Source of the DNA: Octopus vulgaris
Lineage: Eukaryota
Length of the DNA: 64,000 nt
Reading direction: 5' to 3'
Assembly (NCBI GenBank): GCA_951406725.2
Contig: OX597817.1
Coordinates: 81,034,001-81,098,000, forward strand
This document shows, in pieces, positions 42,301 through 56,326 of the stretch. Positions within the stretch are counted from its first letter, which is position 1, and the number at the start of each line of letters is the position of its first letter. Made by a program: the position numbers and the translations under genes. The notes beneath the pieces were generated by a model, which had not been told where the DNA came from, searched no databases, and worked only from the letters and a program-made list of their open reading frames with translations.

Positions 42301-43444
42301 ATGTTTTCTCGCAGTTAACAATTGCTAAACAAAATACGGTTGTATGAACATCAACAGACAAACGCATCCCCCTCTTCCCACCATACAACCACACACATGT
42401 ACAGAAATAAAGACAGAACAATAGAAATAAAAAAAAAAACATGCAACAGCTATAGAGCCCTTTCCCAAAAATAGCGACACACACACACACACACATACAC
42501 ACACACACGCACACCTAGGTTCTCAGTGGCTTTGTGAGTCGTTGAGTTTTGAGAGAAGGACACCCGTTGAATAACGGTCATTCACTATGGTTCTCTGCAA
42601 GACAAAACTAGTCGACTAACAACAACAACAAACGATAAAAGACAATACAAAATAAATAAGTAAATGAACGAACTTTTTCGTCCATGTAATAATTCAACCA
42701 GCCAATCCGACTTACAATGTTCAGTTTGCGCTGTTTTCGTTTATCAGAGGAAATTCTTCTACCACGCATGGTTCGCGTTAACACCCAATGACAAAGATTA
42801 GACGTTTGATGTTTTTCAGCACATCAAATTAGCAAGCCTAGCCTAACCTAGCCTAGCCTAGCCTAGCCTAGCAAAGCAAGCTAACTGGCTAACAGTAGCT
42901 GGCTGACTGGCTGCCTGGCTGGCTAGATGGATGGAGGATGGATGGATGGTTGAGTTTATTTTTGAGCCAACTCGTCAACAAATGTTATGAAAGTTTGTTT
43001 TAGAAGATGTATATATACATATCGCCAAATTGTTCGATCGCTCGTTCGTTCGATCGTTCGTACGTTTGTTTGTTCATTTGTTTGTGCCCTTTAACACCCA
43101 CTCCCTCTCCCTTTCGCCATCTCGCCCACTCACCGACTTAACAGAACACAAGCACCTCATACTTCAACAACACCGCCGCCATGTTTTTTCGCCTTTCTTT
43201 TATTATTTAATATCTCTAGTCACACGGAACGAACTGTGAAATTGCAAGAGTATAAAATTCAATAGATATGTGTGTCGTGGACGTTCGTGTGTGGAGGGGA
43301 TTACAATACAACCGAAAAGTCACTATTTTGATGGTTCGGCAGCTTTAGATAAATACCTGTCCATTGAAGTTTAGTACCGGTTACATTTCCTTTCAAATGG
43401 CAAAAGAAGAACAGAAATCAGTGGTTATTGTATAAAAGCGCGCG

Positions 43445-43522
43445 ATGGATGTCGGTCCCGTTTGGGCGACCAACTCTATCGATATTGAAAACGTAGTTCT
43501 TTACAATAAGCTGGCTTCTGTA
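43445..43522 (+). CDS. Candidate first coding exon (MDVGPVWATNSIDIENVVLYNKLASV), gene unidentified
   Basis: ATG in good context (GCGATGG), 26 codons, then a phase-0 GTAAGT donor at 43523; lies in a ~1.2-kb largely unique, CpG-richer island. Confidence 0.35.
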
Positions 43523-43878
43523 GTAAGTTTAAACAAGCCGCCACGCACCCACCGATGCCAAAAATTTTTATCAAATACCACAGACAGAGAACGGAATTGT
43601 AACACTTCTGATACTTTATTTCCTCCGACATTATCTTTTCACACTGAACAACGTTACCGACTTCGCCCTTCAACGATCACTTTTTCGCTTTGTATTGCAG
43701 CACAGCTAGGCGGCCGGCCGGCCTCCCCATGATACGATGTCGTGGTTTGCTTTCATATTCATGATGTATATGTGTGTCCGTCATTTAAGACATCATACAT
43801 ACATATATACATACACACATGTATGGATGTATATATGTGTGTATGCATGTGTGTATATATATGTATATATATATATAC

Positions 43879-43916
<38 letters not shown>

Positions 43917-44071
43917 ATATATATGTATATATATATACACATCCATATATATATATATATATATATATAAACAGATACATACGTGTATACACATATGCAT
44001 ATAATGTATAAATTATACATACAAATATATGACATATATATATAATTTAATTCCTATTGTATATGTATGTG

Positions 44072-44112
<41 letters not shown>

Positions 44113-44125
44113 GCGTGTGTGTGTA

Positions 44126-44187
<62 letters not shown>

Positions 44188-44439
44188 TTCATATACATAT
44201 ATATATGTATACACATACACAGACAAATATATACATATGCATATACAATTATGTATGTCATGTGTGCTTAATGTATACATTCCAGTGTATTAAGTGAATA
44301 TTCAATTATGTGTATACTTACATACTCATATTATTATGCATCATTATATATTAAATATATGTGTGTGCGTGTGCGTATGTCTATATATGCGTGTACTTAT
44401 GAACACATTTCCATATATGTGTGTGTGTGTATGTGTGTA

Positions 44440-44480
<41 letters not shown>

Positions 44481-44877
44481 TCATAGATATATGTGAACAG
44501 ATATCTATAAGTATATATATATATATACATATACAGACATATATAAATAAATATATATATATATATATATACACGTATTTATATATGTATATATATATAT
44601 ATATACACGTATTTATATATGTATATATATATATATATATACACGTATTTATATATGTATGTGTGTGTGTATGTATGTATGTATGTATGTATGTATGTAT
44701 GTATGTATGTATGTATGTATGTATGTATGTATGCATATTTGTATATACGTATATTCAGACAAACGTACATATGCGGGCTTATATCAATCTACAGGTGTGA
44801 TAGATAGATAGATAGATAGATAGATTGACATATAGATAGATAGATAGATAGATAGATAGACAGATAGACAGATAGAC

Positions 44878-44945
<68 letters not shown>

Positions 44946-45437
44946 GGGTATCTACGTATAGGGAGGTATGTGTGTGCGAATATTTGTGCATAAGTATATA
45001 TGCAAACATGCATACATACATACATACATACATACATACATACATACATACATACATACATACATACATACATACATACATACATACATACATACATACA
45101 TACATACATACATACATACATACATACATACATACATACATACATAGTGAAATTAGGGAGCTTGATATGTCAAGCTCGTATGGGATACTCAATTCTAGAT
45201 CCTGAAACAGAAAATTTGTTTTGAAGTTTTGAATTAAATCAATAACCAAAATATGTGAAAGAGAGACTATTGACACTAAACAAATGTCTCCTCAATTGAA
45301 AGACTGATAAAGAATATATTTGTTTTATTTTGTTTTGTGGGGAGGGGTCATTTTTAATTGTTCTCAAAATAGTTCTACTTGTAATTCTTGTGTAAGATTT
45401 TTCCATCGTAAGAAAACTACTAAAGAATAATATGATC

Positions 45438-45618
45438 CAGTTCTATATTTAAGAGATGAGGAATTATGTATATTATTTACATTATTTACAAGTGACGGAT
45501 ATTTGTTCTCATCTTGTTTGTTGTTAACACAACATTTCGGCTGATATGCCCTCCATCCTTCATCAGGTGTCTTGGGGAAATTTTGAACGTGGGTTCTGAT
45601 TCCTAAGGTATTTTTAGA

Positions 45619-45665
<47 letters not shown>

Positions 45666-45731
45666 TCACTGCCTAGAATCGAACTCGGAATCTTGGGGTT
45701 AGTAGCCCACGCTCTTAACCAATACGCCATA
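45438..45731 (-). mobile_element. Composite element: tRNA-like head + (AAT)n + hammerhead-bearing tail
   Basis: Minus strand TGGCGTATTGGTTAAGAGCG (A box), GAGTTCGATTC (B box), (AAT)n, then a hammerhead at 45526-45571. Confidence 0.72.
45526..45571 (-). ncRNA. Minimal type-I hammerhead ribozyme motif
   Basis: GACAC-CTGATGA-A-GGATG...CAGCC-GAAATGTT-GTGTT: canonical CUGAUGA and GAAA boxes, 5-bp stem I, stem II with one mismatch. Confidence 0.65.
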
Positions 45732-46167
45732 ATATAATCCACCTATAATCCATGGAATGTACTAAATAGCTGTAAAATTAGGAAGTTCCTACGTGGTGAT
45801 TTAAAATGCTAAAAATAGCAGCCAAATATCAAATGTCTCTCAAATTACATCTTGCAGTTTTAAAATAGGAGAGATATATTGGATAAGATAACGCTGCACC
45901 AACACAATAGTAAGATTTGAGTTTTTAAATAAAGTATACTTTAAAGGCAGGGGATCGGCAAAATGGTTAGCATTGACCCTTGAAAGTTTAAGTGACTTTC
46001 CACCTGAAAAGATTTTGAGTATTAAAGGGTGCTGGGTTACTAAGAAACAGAATCTGGAAGAACTTAAGTAATTTAAAGACTAAAACTCACTAATTTCCGC
46101 CCAAATATCGATACTATAACTAGTATTCACCAAATAAATATTTCACATTTAATATTATGACTATTTA

Positions 46168-46960
46168 AAGCGGCGTGATGGCAGAATCGTTAGCACGCCG
46201 GGCGAAATGATTAGCGGTATTTCGTCTGCCGTTACGTTCTGAGTTCAAATTCCGCCGAGGTCCACTTTGCCTTTCATCCTTTCGGGGTCGATTAAATAAG
46301 TACCAGTTACGCACTGAAGTCGATGTAATCAACTTAATCCGTTTGTCTGTCCTTCTTTGTCCTCTCTGTGTTTAGTCCCTTGTGGGTAGTAAAGAAATAG
46401 GTATTTCGTCTATTTTACGTTCTGAGTTCAAATTCTGCCGAAGTCGACTTTACCTTTCATGCTTACGGGGTCGATAAATTAAGTGCCAGTTGCGTACTGA
46501 GGTCGACCTAATCGATTGGCCCACCCTCTCCAAAAATTTCGGCCTTTGTGCCTTGTGTAGAAAAGAATATTATAGAAAAGAATATTATATAATAATAAAG
46601 CGGCGAGCTGGCGGGATCGTTAGCACGCTGGGTAAAGTGTTTAGCGGCATTTCGTCCATCATTATGTTCCAAGTTCAATTCCGCCGAGTTGAGCACTGCA
46701 GTCGACATAATCGACTTACTTCCACGTCCGATCTAGCTGGCATTGTGCCAGAATTTGACACCATTGTTATTACTATACTGAAGGCGATGAGCTGGCAGAA
46801 TCGCTAGCACGCCGAGCAAAATGTTTAGCGGTATTTCGTCCGTCTTTTACGTTCTGAGTTCAAACTCCACCGAGGTCGATAAAATAACTACCAGTTGAGC
46901 ATTGAGCTTACTCCCTCTCCTCGAATCTTCTAGCCTTGTGCCAAAATTGGAAGCCAGTAT
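46168..46960 (+). mobile_element. SINE family B dimer followed by two degenerate monomers
   Basis: Head at 46168, internal unit repeated, further heads at ~46598 and ~46781. Confidence 0.85.
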
Positions 46961-47195
46961 CTTCACTATATCAATTTTAAATGATATAGTACTTACGCTA
47001 GGTATTTTCATTAAATTTCTTTAAGTATTTCTTATCAAAAAGTAATAATAACGCAAAAGAATGAAGGAATTATTTTTAAATCAATAATTACGCAGTGTTC
47101 TTGAGCAAAATACTTCATGATGCCGCTCTAGTCCACTCAACAATAGCTGGGAAATTAACTCTGCGACGGACTAGCTTCAGGAGAGAGTGTTGGAA

Positions 47196-47599
47196 TCTAT
47201 ATATCTTCTTTATATATAAAAGTGAAGTTGTGTGTCTATCTCCTACGATTTAGATTCCTAACTACTCCCACATTTTGCGGTGCAGTGTAACCAAAACTGG
47301 GTATCTTATAGTCGTGATTCATATCGAGCCCTTCTGGGTATTAGCGTGCGTCTACGATGAGTCGACGATTTAAAAAAAATTTACCATCATTTTTTCCCAT
47401 TTTTAATGCATTTTTTGCTATTATATAAGAGAAGTAACTCTCTAAAAGTGTATTATTAAATCTCAGAACGTAAAAAGCTACAGTAACACCTCCCTTTGTG
47501 GTTAGCCATATTGAGATGGCTATTATACTTTACATCTCTAAAAATGCTTATATAGTTATTTCCCTTACAAACCCGAGCAACGCCGGGCGATACTGCTAG
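47196..47599 (+). mobile_element. Non-autonomous Helitron
   Basis: A|TC...TATATATAAA start; subterminal hairpin CCCGAGCAACGCCGGG; end CTGCTAG|T. Confidence 0.75.
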
Positions 47600-47949
47600 T
47601 ACACCATAAAAACCAAGTTAAGTTCCAGCCTTAATGGTCTTAGGGCTCATAACAGACTTAAGTTATGTATTAAGGAATGAATTATGATGAAACTGTCACT
47701 TTTTAAGTCAAGCATCAATTAATTCCTGATTCTTTATTCGATATTTCTCAGAAGTAGTTTATTATTTCTACAACGTGTACCAATACTATCGATTCAACAT
47801 TCCTTTAAATTAAATTCTTTTTATATCTGTCAATATTCGGAATTATCTCTCAATATTCGGCAATCAGTCGACGAGGCAAATTTTATAACACCACAATAGA
47901 ACATAATATATACGAATATATGTAGGGATGTATATTTACATAAACGTTT

Positions 47950-48255
47950 TCCACTATCGCCATAGGCTGACCAAAGCTTTGTGGGTGAATTTGGTAGGCG
48001 GAAACTGAAAGAAGCCCGTCGTATATATGTATGTGTCTGTCTGTCCGTGTTTCTGTGTTTGTCCCCCACAACTGCTTGACAACCGGTGTTGGTGTGCTTA
48101 CATCCCCGTAAGTTAACAGTTCTGCAAAAGGCATGGATAGAATAAGTACCAGTCTTAAAAGAAAACGTACTTGGAGTCGACTCATTCGTCTAAAATTCTT
48201 CAAGGTGGTGCTCTAGTATGGCCGCAGTCTAATGACTGAAACAAATAAAAGAGTA
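47950..48255 (+). mobile_element. SINE family A, 5'-truncated
   Basis: GACCAAAGC...GAAAGAAGCCCGTCG...GGCCGCAGTCTAATGACTGAAAC. Confidence 0.85.
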
Positions 48256-48892
48256 GAAGAGCATATGCATTTAGTTTTAATCTAATGTAACTGTGTAGTA
48301 ATAATCCATAAAAGAAGTAGGCTGATTTCAGAAATGAAGTATCGCTTTTTTTAACCTTGATGTAATCAAGGTCACAAGCTTATTGACGTAGTCAAAACCA
48401 CGTTCGTTCTCTTTTTTAAGATTGTTTATAAAGAGAATGAGGGAAGAGGGGGAGGAGAGGAGATTTTTCCCGCGAGAGATTCATAACATTCGATGATGTT
48501 AGCGACAATGATGAATACCCAATATGTGGGGTCTATACGACGAAGTTACTTCGTGGATGCTTGACTTGCTTCAAATCGTAGCCAAATAGCTCTGCTAATC
48601 ACACCCCTACAATGTTAAACAAATATACACTGGATAGTATTGTCCGAAGTGCACTATTCCTGATATGAAAGGATGGTCATAGCTCAAATTTGATGATGGG
48701 CCTCATTAATCAGAACAACTTAGCACCAACATCCATGATGAGAATGTCCATTTAGAGAATAGCAAAAGATAAATCCATGGTAATTAAGAGCTCAATTGAT
48801 AACAGGTCTTTAAATTCCAACGTGCTATTACATTACTGTAAATCCAGTAAATACATGATCACCTAATATTATCTTTAATACAACATACTTAT

Positions 48893-49332
48893 AATCCTTT
48901 CTGCTATAGGCACAAGACCTGAAATTTGGCGGGATATACTCGTCTGGTACTCATTATATCGACCTCCGAAGGATGAAAGGTAGAGTGGACCTCGGCAGAA
49001 TTTGAACTCAGAACGTAAAGGCGACCGAAATACCTATTTCTTTACTACCCACACGAGGCTAAACACAGAGAGGACAAACAAGGACAGACAAACGGATTAA
49101 GTCTATTATATCGACCCCAGTGTATAACTGGTACTTATTTAATCGCCCCCGAAAGGATGAAGGGCAAAGTCGACCTCGGCGGAATTTGAACTCAGAACGT
49201 ACTGGCAGACGAAATACCGCTAATCATTTCGCTCGGCGTGCTAACGTTTCTGCCAGCTCGCCGCCTTAGACGGACGAAATACCGCTAAGCATTTTGCCCG
49301 GTGTACTAACGATTCTGCCAGCCCGCCACCTT
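48893..49332 (-). mobile_element. SINE family B dimer with a duplicated head
   Basis: Same unit junction as 22-995. Confidence 0.85.
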
Positions 49333-50064
49333 ATGCATCATACTTATAATAAAAACATACAATATCTTCAGATAAAGATAAACAGGTTGATATGCATTTC
49401 AAGTTTCTCGATAACTGTAACATGAAAGTGCGTTGTTGTTTAACAATCGATACCACTAACATCATATGAAGGCGATAGAATAGTGGTAAACTATCAGCAA
49501 ATCGAATCTTCGATAGAAGTTCGATTCCCCATCACATATTTTACACTTCATTTATTCCTCATTATTCCTTTAGTAATTTGCGAGAAAAGGTGGAAGAGAA
49601 GGTTTAAATAAATTCAAGTAATTTTTTAATGTTTTACGGCATCATTCAGAGGGCTTGTGTTAATCAGAAGCAACAAAACAAAACCCATGAGCTAAATACT
49701 TAAGAATGAAGGTTTTATGAGTCGAGAGCAAACCCTTAAGGACTCACCTTAGTTCCAGAAGCTGTTTAATGCCGTCCGGAACTCCTGGATAGATTTACCT
49801 CAACTAAGTCTCCAAAGAGAAGCATTTTCTATAAAAATAAAAGGGGACACATTAGTATATTTCCTACTAACTTAAGGATGACAGCTAATGTCGACAGGAA
49901 GTATAAAATCCTGGAATCGTAACCATTACAATACCACACACTGCGAAAGATATACTTTTGCAAACCCAAACCAAGAGCAGGAGAAACTAAGAAAGATGTC
50001 ATTCATAATATAATCAGTCTTTCATAAATGTGACTGAACGTTTCTTGTCTACGAAAGACACTAC

Positions 50065-50440
50065 ACAAATAACTCTGAGCACCTTTTCAGACTCCACCCA
50101 TCTAACACCCGTGGACATATTTACAAAGTCAGAAAACAGCACAGCTCCCATGACTTTAGGAAACATTTTTTCACGCTGAGAGTTGCTGAAGCATGGAACA
50201 AACTGCCGGCATCAGTTGTTAGTTGTCGGAGCACTGCATCCTTCAAAACTTCTATGCTTTCTGAGATTCGCCAACACTACACCTGATTTCCTCCCCTCCA
50301 TACACACACAAGCATGTACCTGACTCATGCATTGTTCACTTTCCAGACATTTGTACACTACTGCATGTGCTTTATATGCACTGTCTGACAAGTTGTGGTG
50401 CACCTGAGCACTGTATACAATAATTTCATTATTATTATTA
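50065..50440 (+). mobile_element. CR1-clade LINE 3' end
   Basis: SNTRGHIYKVRKQHSSHDFRKHFFTLRVAEAWNKLPASVV...stop at 50284-50286, then 3' UTR and (ATT)n tail. Confidence 0.88.
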
Positions 50441-50719
50441 TTTATTATATATGAAGCCAACGTGATGGCAGGATTGTTAACGCATCGAACAAAATCAAAA
50501 TGCTTAGCGTTATTTCTTCTATCTCTTAACGTTCTGAGTCCAAATTCCGATGAGGCTGACTGTAAAATTGCTGGCTCCGTGCCAAAATTTTAAACTAGCA
50601 GTTACTGTTATTATTGTACTAGCATTCTATACTGCATGGTAGCAAATTATCTTTACGAATCACTATCTTAGAAAGTTTCTGATCTTTAGTTTATTTAAAC
50701 ATATTACAACATAGTAGTG

Positions 50720-51062
50720 AAAATGAGGATGGGTAGGCCACACGCTACGAAAGACTGCACCAAATGTCACCAAGCAGACTCTTGACTGGAACACATAGGA
50801 GAAGCAAAAAGTGGGCCGACCAAAACAGTCTTGGCGCAGGAGTGGTCAACGCAGAGGTGAAGACAGACGGAATGATGTGGGCCGAGGTGAAAAGGATCCC
50901 ACAGAACGGCGTCCGTTGAAAAGAAAAATGTTGTTGCGGCTCTATGTTCCCCGAGGAATCAAGAGGCAGAAGAAGAAGAAGAAGAAGAAGAAGAAGAAGA
51001 AGAAGAAGAAGAAGAAGAAGAAGAAGAAGAAGAAGAAGAAGAAGAAGAAGAAGAAGAAGAAG
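50720..51062 (+). mobile_element. RTE-clade LINE 3' end with (GAA)n tail
   Basis: WVGHTLRK...TKQTLDWN...KVGRPKQSWRRS...VAALCSPRNQE followed directly by (GAA)n. Confidence 0.85.
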
Positions 51063-51377
51063 ATAATTCCAATAAAAACTTTCACCAAGTTACCCTGGTA
51101 TACTTGTATGAGATATACTACTAAAGATAAATAAATGATAGCATTTGAGCATTTTTTGTGTGTGCGTGTGTGTGTAAACCAGCTAAAAAATATGTTTTGG
51201 GGACTAATGTCTCTGAACCTACATGTATACCCAGTTTACAAATTTACATTTTGGATCCATAATTGTTAGTACCCTTCGTTGTGTTATGAAGTTTTTAAAA
51301 CTGTATTTTCAAGTAAAGAATAAGCCCATCTAAGATATAATCTGTAAGTTTAATCTGTACGTAAAACGGTGGAAATA

Positions 51378-51755
51378 TTCTTTTATTCTTTTACTCGTTT
51401 CAGTCATTTGACCGCGGCCATGTTGGAGTACCACTTCAAAGGGTTTTAAGTTGAACGATTCTACCTTAGGGCTTATTTTTTTTATAAGCCTAGTATTTAT
51501 TCTAACGATCTCTTTTGCCGAATCGCTAAGTTACGGGGACGTAAACACACCAACATCGGTTATCAAAAGATGGCGGGAGGACAAACACAAACACACAAAT
51601 ATATACATACATATATACGACGCGCCTCCTTCAGTTTGCGTCTACCAAATCTATACACGAAGCTATTGTAGATGACACTTGCCCAAGGTGAGACTGAACA
51701 CAGAACCATGCGGTTGGGAAGCAACTTTCTTACCACACAACCACGCCTGCGCCTG
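51378..51755 (-). mobile_element. SINE family A, near full length
   Basis: Reverse complement of head, middle and tail. Confidence 0.85.
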
Positions 51756-51928
51756 TGTGCAAGACATTTCCAAAATTCAGCCTGTAAGTTTTATTGTTAC
51801 GTAGTCTAAATTCCAGAATTCCTGTGATTGGGTTTTGTTTCTTCATGGGAAGAATTTAAAATGTTAGAAATGGTACATAGATACACACATATATACATGA
51901 ATACAAACGTACAAACACACACACACGC

Positions 51929-51970
<42 letters not shown>

Positions 51971-51994
51971 CAAACACACACACACACACACATA

Positions 51995-52541
51995 TCTCTC
52001 TATATATAAACGGCAGTTTGTCTGTCTGTGTGTCTGTGTGTCTGTCAGGTTGTACCCTCACCCTGACCACGGCTTTCAACCGATTCTGATGAAACTTGAC
52101 ACACACATAGACCAATGTGATAATTCAAAACTAACGCAGCGAAAATTTTGAAAAGTTCCCCCAGTTTTGAAAATAATCGACAAATTCGACATGCGGTCGA
52201 GAATCTAAGCTTTTTATATGCAACACATTTTCTGTTGTAGTTTTCGCAACTTGCAATCGATTTTTACCAAACTCATGGTGAAGCTTAATGTTACACTAAG
52301 AAACTTAATTCTGACGTTAGTTTTCCATGCAAAACCTTACCATCAGAAAAAATCGATAAAATCATGCCATTTTGGGAAATCGCGTTTTCGCCCAAAGGGA
52401 CGGCTAGGAACATCGTATACACAGAAGACATTGCAACCTACACATGCACCTTCGTTCCCTAGAGGGAAAGGACTAGATTGGGATTAGTCGTTGCCTACTA
52501 GGGGCTCTTACATACCCGGACAACGCCGAGCTATGCTGCTA

Positions 52542-52542
<1 letters not shown>
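51995..52542 (+). mobile_element. Non-autonomous Helitron
   Basis: A|TCTCTCTATATATAAA start, (GTCT)-rich 5' part, CCCGGACAACGCCGAG hairpin, end CTGCTAG|T. Confidence 0.75.
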
Positions 52543-52614
<72 letters not shown>

Positions 52615-53480
52615 TGTATGTATGTATACACATACAAACATAGATATTATACATACATGCATTCCTTCATACATATAGTCGTATATAAATCCATATATAT
52701 ACATATATACATATATATATACGTACATGCGTACATACAAACGTATATATGCAAACACACACACACACATACACACATAAATACGCACATACATGCTCCA
52801 AATAATTAAAAATTGAAAGAAACAAACATGTACATATATACATACATATATACATACATATAAACGTGCGTATATACAGACAAACATATATACATACATA
52901 CAAACACACACACACATACATACATACATACATACATACATACATACATACATACATACATACATACATACATACATACATACATACATAAGTATATTCT
53001 TGCAAAGTCAATATTCTCGGGAACGCAAGACATAAAGCTCTCCTCTATGTCTTTGTTATCAAACGGATCCAACTTCTACCAACATATCGCAACGCACAAG
53101 CACACATCAGTCTTTCAGTGACATCCTTAAAAGACTTCAACTACACATGCATACAAAAACGGCTAAAATAAAAAAAAAGGCATTCTGCTTGCAACACTCA
53201 ACTTCAGACGTGTTGGCCCCTTTCCATTTGCAACCATGTATACCTTCAGATACATACACACACACACATACACATAAATATATATGTATATATATATATA
53301 TATATGTACGTATATATACATATATATGTATGTATATACATATCTTTTTTTTTTACTTGTTTCAGTCATTTGACTGCGGCCATGCTATATATATATATAT
53401 ATATTTCAAAATGTGACCTCGTGTGTACCGTTGGCGATTTTTTTCCCTCTGTCTTCCCTTCTCTGGATCTTTCCTTCTAT

Positions 53481-53515
53481 GTTTCGGACGAAGAGCTCCG
53501 CTCGAAACGTTAAAC
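53481..53515 (+). ncRNA. Minimal hammerhead-like motif (group 1) in the (TA)n-embedded insert 53405-53612
   Basis: GTTT-CGGACGA-A-GAGC-TCC-GCTC-GAAACGTT-AAAC. Confidence 0.55.
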
Positions 53516-53607
53516 CCTCCTTCTTTTCTTCTTTCCTGAGCGTCCAATAATACTATATTTGTTCCGTCCTCGCGTTGTTGTGTTTTTTTGTGCTTTCTTG
53601 TTTGGAT

Positions 53608-53652
<45 letters not shown>

Positions 53653-53682
53653 GCACACACGCACATACGCACACTCACACAC

Positions 53683-53718
<36 letters not shown>

Positions 53719-53814
53719 AAACACTCGTACGCAAACACTCCTGCTTATATAGATATAATCTCTATGTATACATCTATTTTTTAGACTGAAACATACGTAT
53801 GCAAACAGAACATT

Positions 53815-53954
53815 GTCCTTTCCCCTTCTTGTCTCCTCTCATTTGTTCCTCTCTTTTTCTTTTTTTTTCCTAACTCCATTTCTCTTTATCTCCCTTTATC
53901 ACACACTTGTCAGCGCGCACACACACACTTGCATGCCAATACACACATACACTT

Positions 53955-54020
<66 letters not shown>

Positions 54021-54220
54021 CAAGTTCCTTCACTCTTTCGCATTATTTTCCTCTTCTTTTTTCATATCTCTTTCTAAAAAATCTCTCTATCTGTCTCTCT
54101 TTCTCTCTCTTTATCACTCCTTTAATATCTCCATTTTATTCCAGCCATCTCTCTTTCACTTTCTCTCTCACTTCCTCTTGCTAACTCTCTCTCACAACTC
54201 TCATACGCTCTCTCTCTCTG

Positions 54221-54271
<51 letters not shown>

Positions 54272-54640
54272 TCTCTCTCTCTCTCTTCTCTCTCTCCCTC
54301 TCTCTCCTTCATCTTTTCACTCCTCTCAGTATATCACACTCTTTATTTCATTCTTTACATCTCTCTCTCTCAGTCTCTCTCTTCTCTCACCGACTGTATC
54401 TCTCTTCCACTTCTCATACGCATCTACCGTCTCTCTCTCTTTTTCTCACTCTCTCTTTCCCTCTCTTTCTCCACACACACACACACACTTCTCACTCACT
54501 CTTACTCTTTGTCTCTCTCCTCCATTTTTCTCTATCTCTGCCTCACTTCCTCCTTCCCTTTCAGTATCTCATACTATATATCATTTCTATCAATCTCTCT
54601 CTCTCTCTCTCTCTCCATCTTTCTCGCACGCCTCTCACAT

Positions 54641-54681
<41 letters not shown>

Positions 54682-55200
54682 CTCTTATACCTCTCATGCT
54701 TCCACTCTCTCAATCTTTGAGTGTCCCTCACCTCTCACACGCTCCCGTTTCTCTCTCTCTATTTCTTTCCTTGCTTGCTGTTTATCTCTCTCTTTTTCTC
54801 CCTCTCTCTCTCTCTCTCTGTCTCTCCTTCACATTCTCTCTCATCTCTCACACGCTCCCGTTTCTTTTTCTCTTTCTCTCACTCTTTCTCTATCTCTATC
54901 TCTCTCTTTCTCTTGCTCTCTATTCTCTATATTGTTATGTATCTCTCTTTCTCGCTCTCTTTCTCTCTGTTTCCCTTTCACATTCTCTCTCACCTCTCAC
55001 GTGCTCCCCTTTATTTTCCTCTCTTTTTCTCTTTCCTCTCTCTTTCTCTCTCTCTCTCTCTCTTTCTCTTGCGCTATCTCTCTCTCTCTGTATTCTCCCT
55101 CTTGCTGTGTATCTCTCTCTCTTTCTCTCTCTTTCTCTTTCTCTCTGTCTCTCCTTTGCATTTTCTCTCACCTGTCATACGCTCCCGCTCTTATCATTTC
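53815..55200. repeat. CT-rich tract with recurring CACGCTCCCG subunits
   Basis: Directly visible. Confidence 0.88.
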
Positions 55201-55649
55201 TACCATCTCCCATTGTCATAGTAACTCGCTGCATTCTCTTGTGAAAGAGTTCACTGGTCGTTTTTCTAATTACCTCATCAAATCCCACAGGTACGTTCTC
55301 TAGTGTCACGCGTTCGATCCCAATCTATGACACTTTCAAATTCGCTACTTAGTTTTTAGGGGGCTTTTTTCTTTATTGTTATGGGGTTAGGATTGAGAAA
55401 GGAGTTGATAATGAGGGTTATATATTATTCGTTTTTTCACTTACATTTATCTTTATGTTCAATACTTCCTCTTTCATCTTATTCCGCCTTAATTTTTTAC
55501 ATCATTGTTACAGTATTTTTTCTTACATCCTTTGTGTAACGTTGCCATGTCAGCACAGTATGACCGAATGGGTAAGGGGTTCGCATCGTAATTATGAGGT
55601 TATGGGTTCGATTTCATTATTTTTCTTTTCCATTTTTATTCTTATTTTA

Positions 55650-55850
55650 TTTATTTCAGTCATTGGACTACGTCAATGTTGGGGCATCACTTTGAATGGC
55701 TTAGTCGAACGAATCGAACCCAGTACTTATTTGTAAGTTTTGTACCTATTCTATCGGTCCCTTTTGAGGAACCGCAAAGTTATGGGAACGTACATAAACC
55801 AACTGTGGTTGTCAAACGGCAGTGAGGAGACAAGCACAACACAAACACAG
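55650..55850 (-). mobile_element. SINE family A, 3' part
   Basis: TTTCAGTCATTGGACT...TTAGTCGAACGAATCGA... Confidence 0.72.
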
Positions 55851-55879
55851 ATACACACACGTGTGTGTGTGTAAATATA

Positions 55880-55943
<64 letters not shown>

Positions 55944-55949
<6 letters not shown>

Positions 55950-56277
55950 GAAATGGAGAAACTCTCAAAATACAAAGACCTGGAAATAGAGGTAACTAGA
56001 ATGTGGAATCTGAAAACAGAAACAATTCCTATCATAGTAGGTGCATTAGGCATGATAAAAAAATATTCAGACAAATACATAACAAAAACACCAGGACTTA
56101 CAAACACATATAACATACAGAAAAGTGCACTACTAGGCACTGCACACATCCTACGCAGAACACTTTCCATACAATAACCATCAGAGCATCACAACAAATC
56201 ACAGCACATACCCAAGGCACACAGAGCTGCGCTCGGTAGTTAAGTGAAAGCACGCTATAAAAATAAAAATAAAACAA

Positions 56278-56280
<3 letters not shown>
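55944..56280 (+). mobile_element. R4/Dong-clade LINE 3' end (REL domain C-terminus plus 3' UTR)
   Basis: EKLSKYKDLEIEVTRMWNLKTETIPIIVGALGMIKK...IQKSALLGTAHILRRTL; (TAA)n on both sides. Confidence 0.92.
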
Positions 56281-56326
<46 letters not shown>

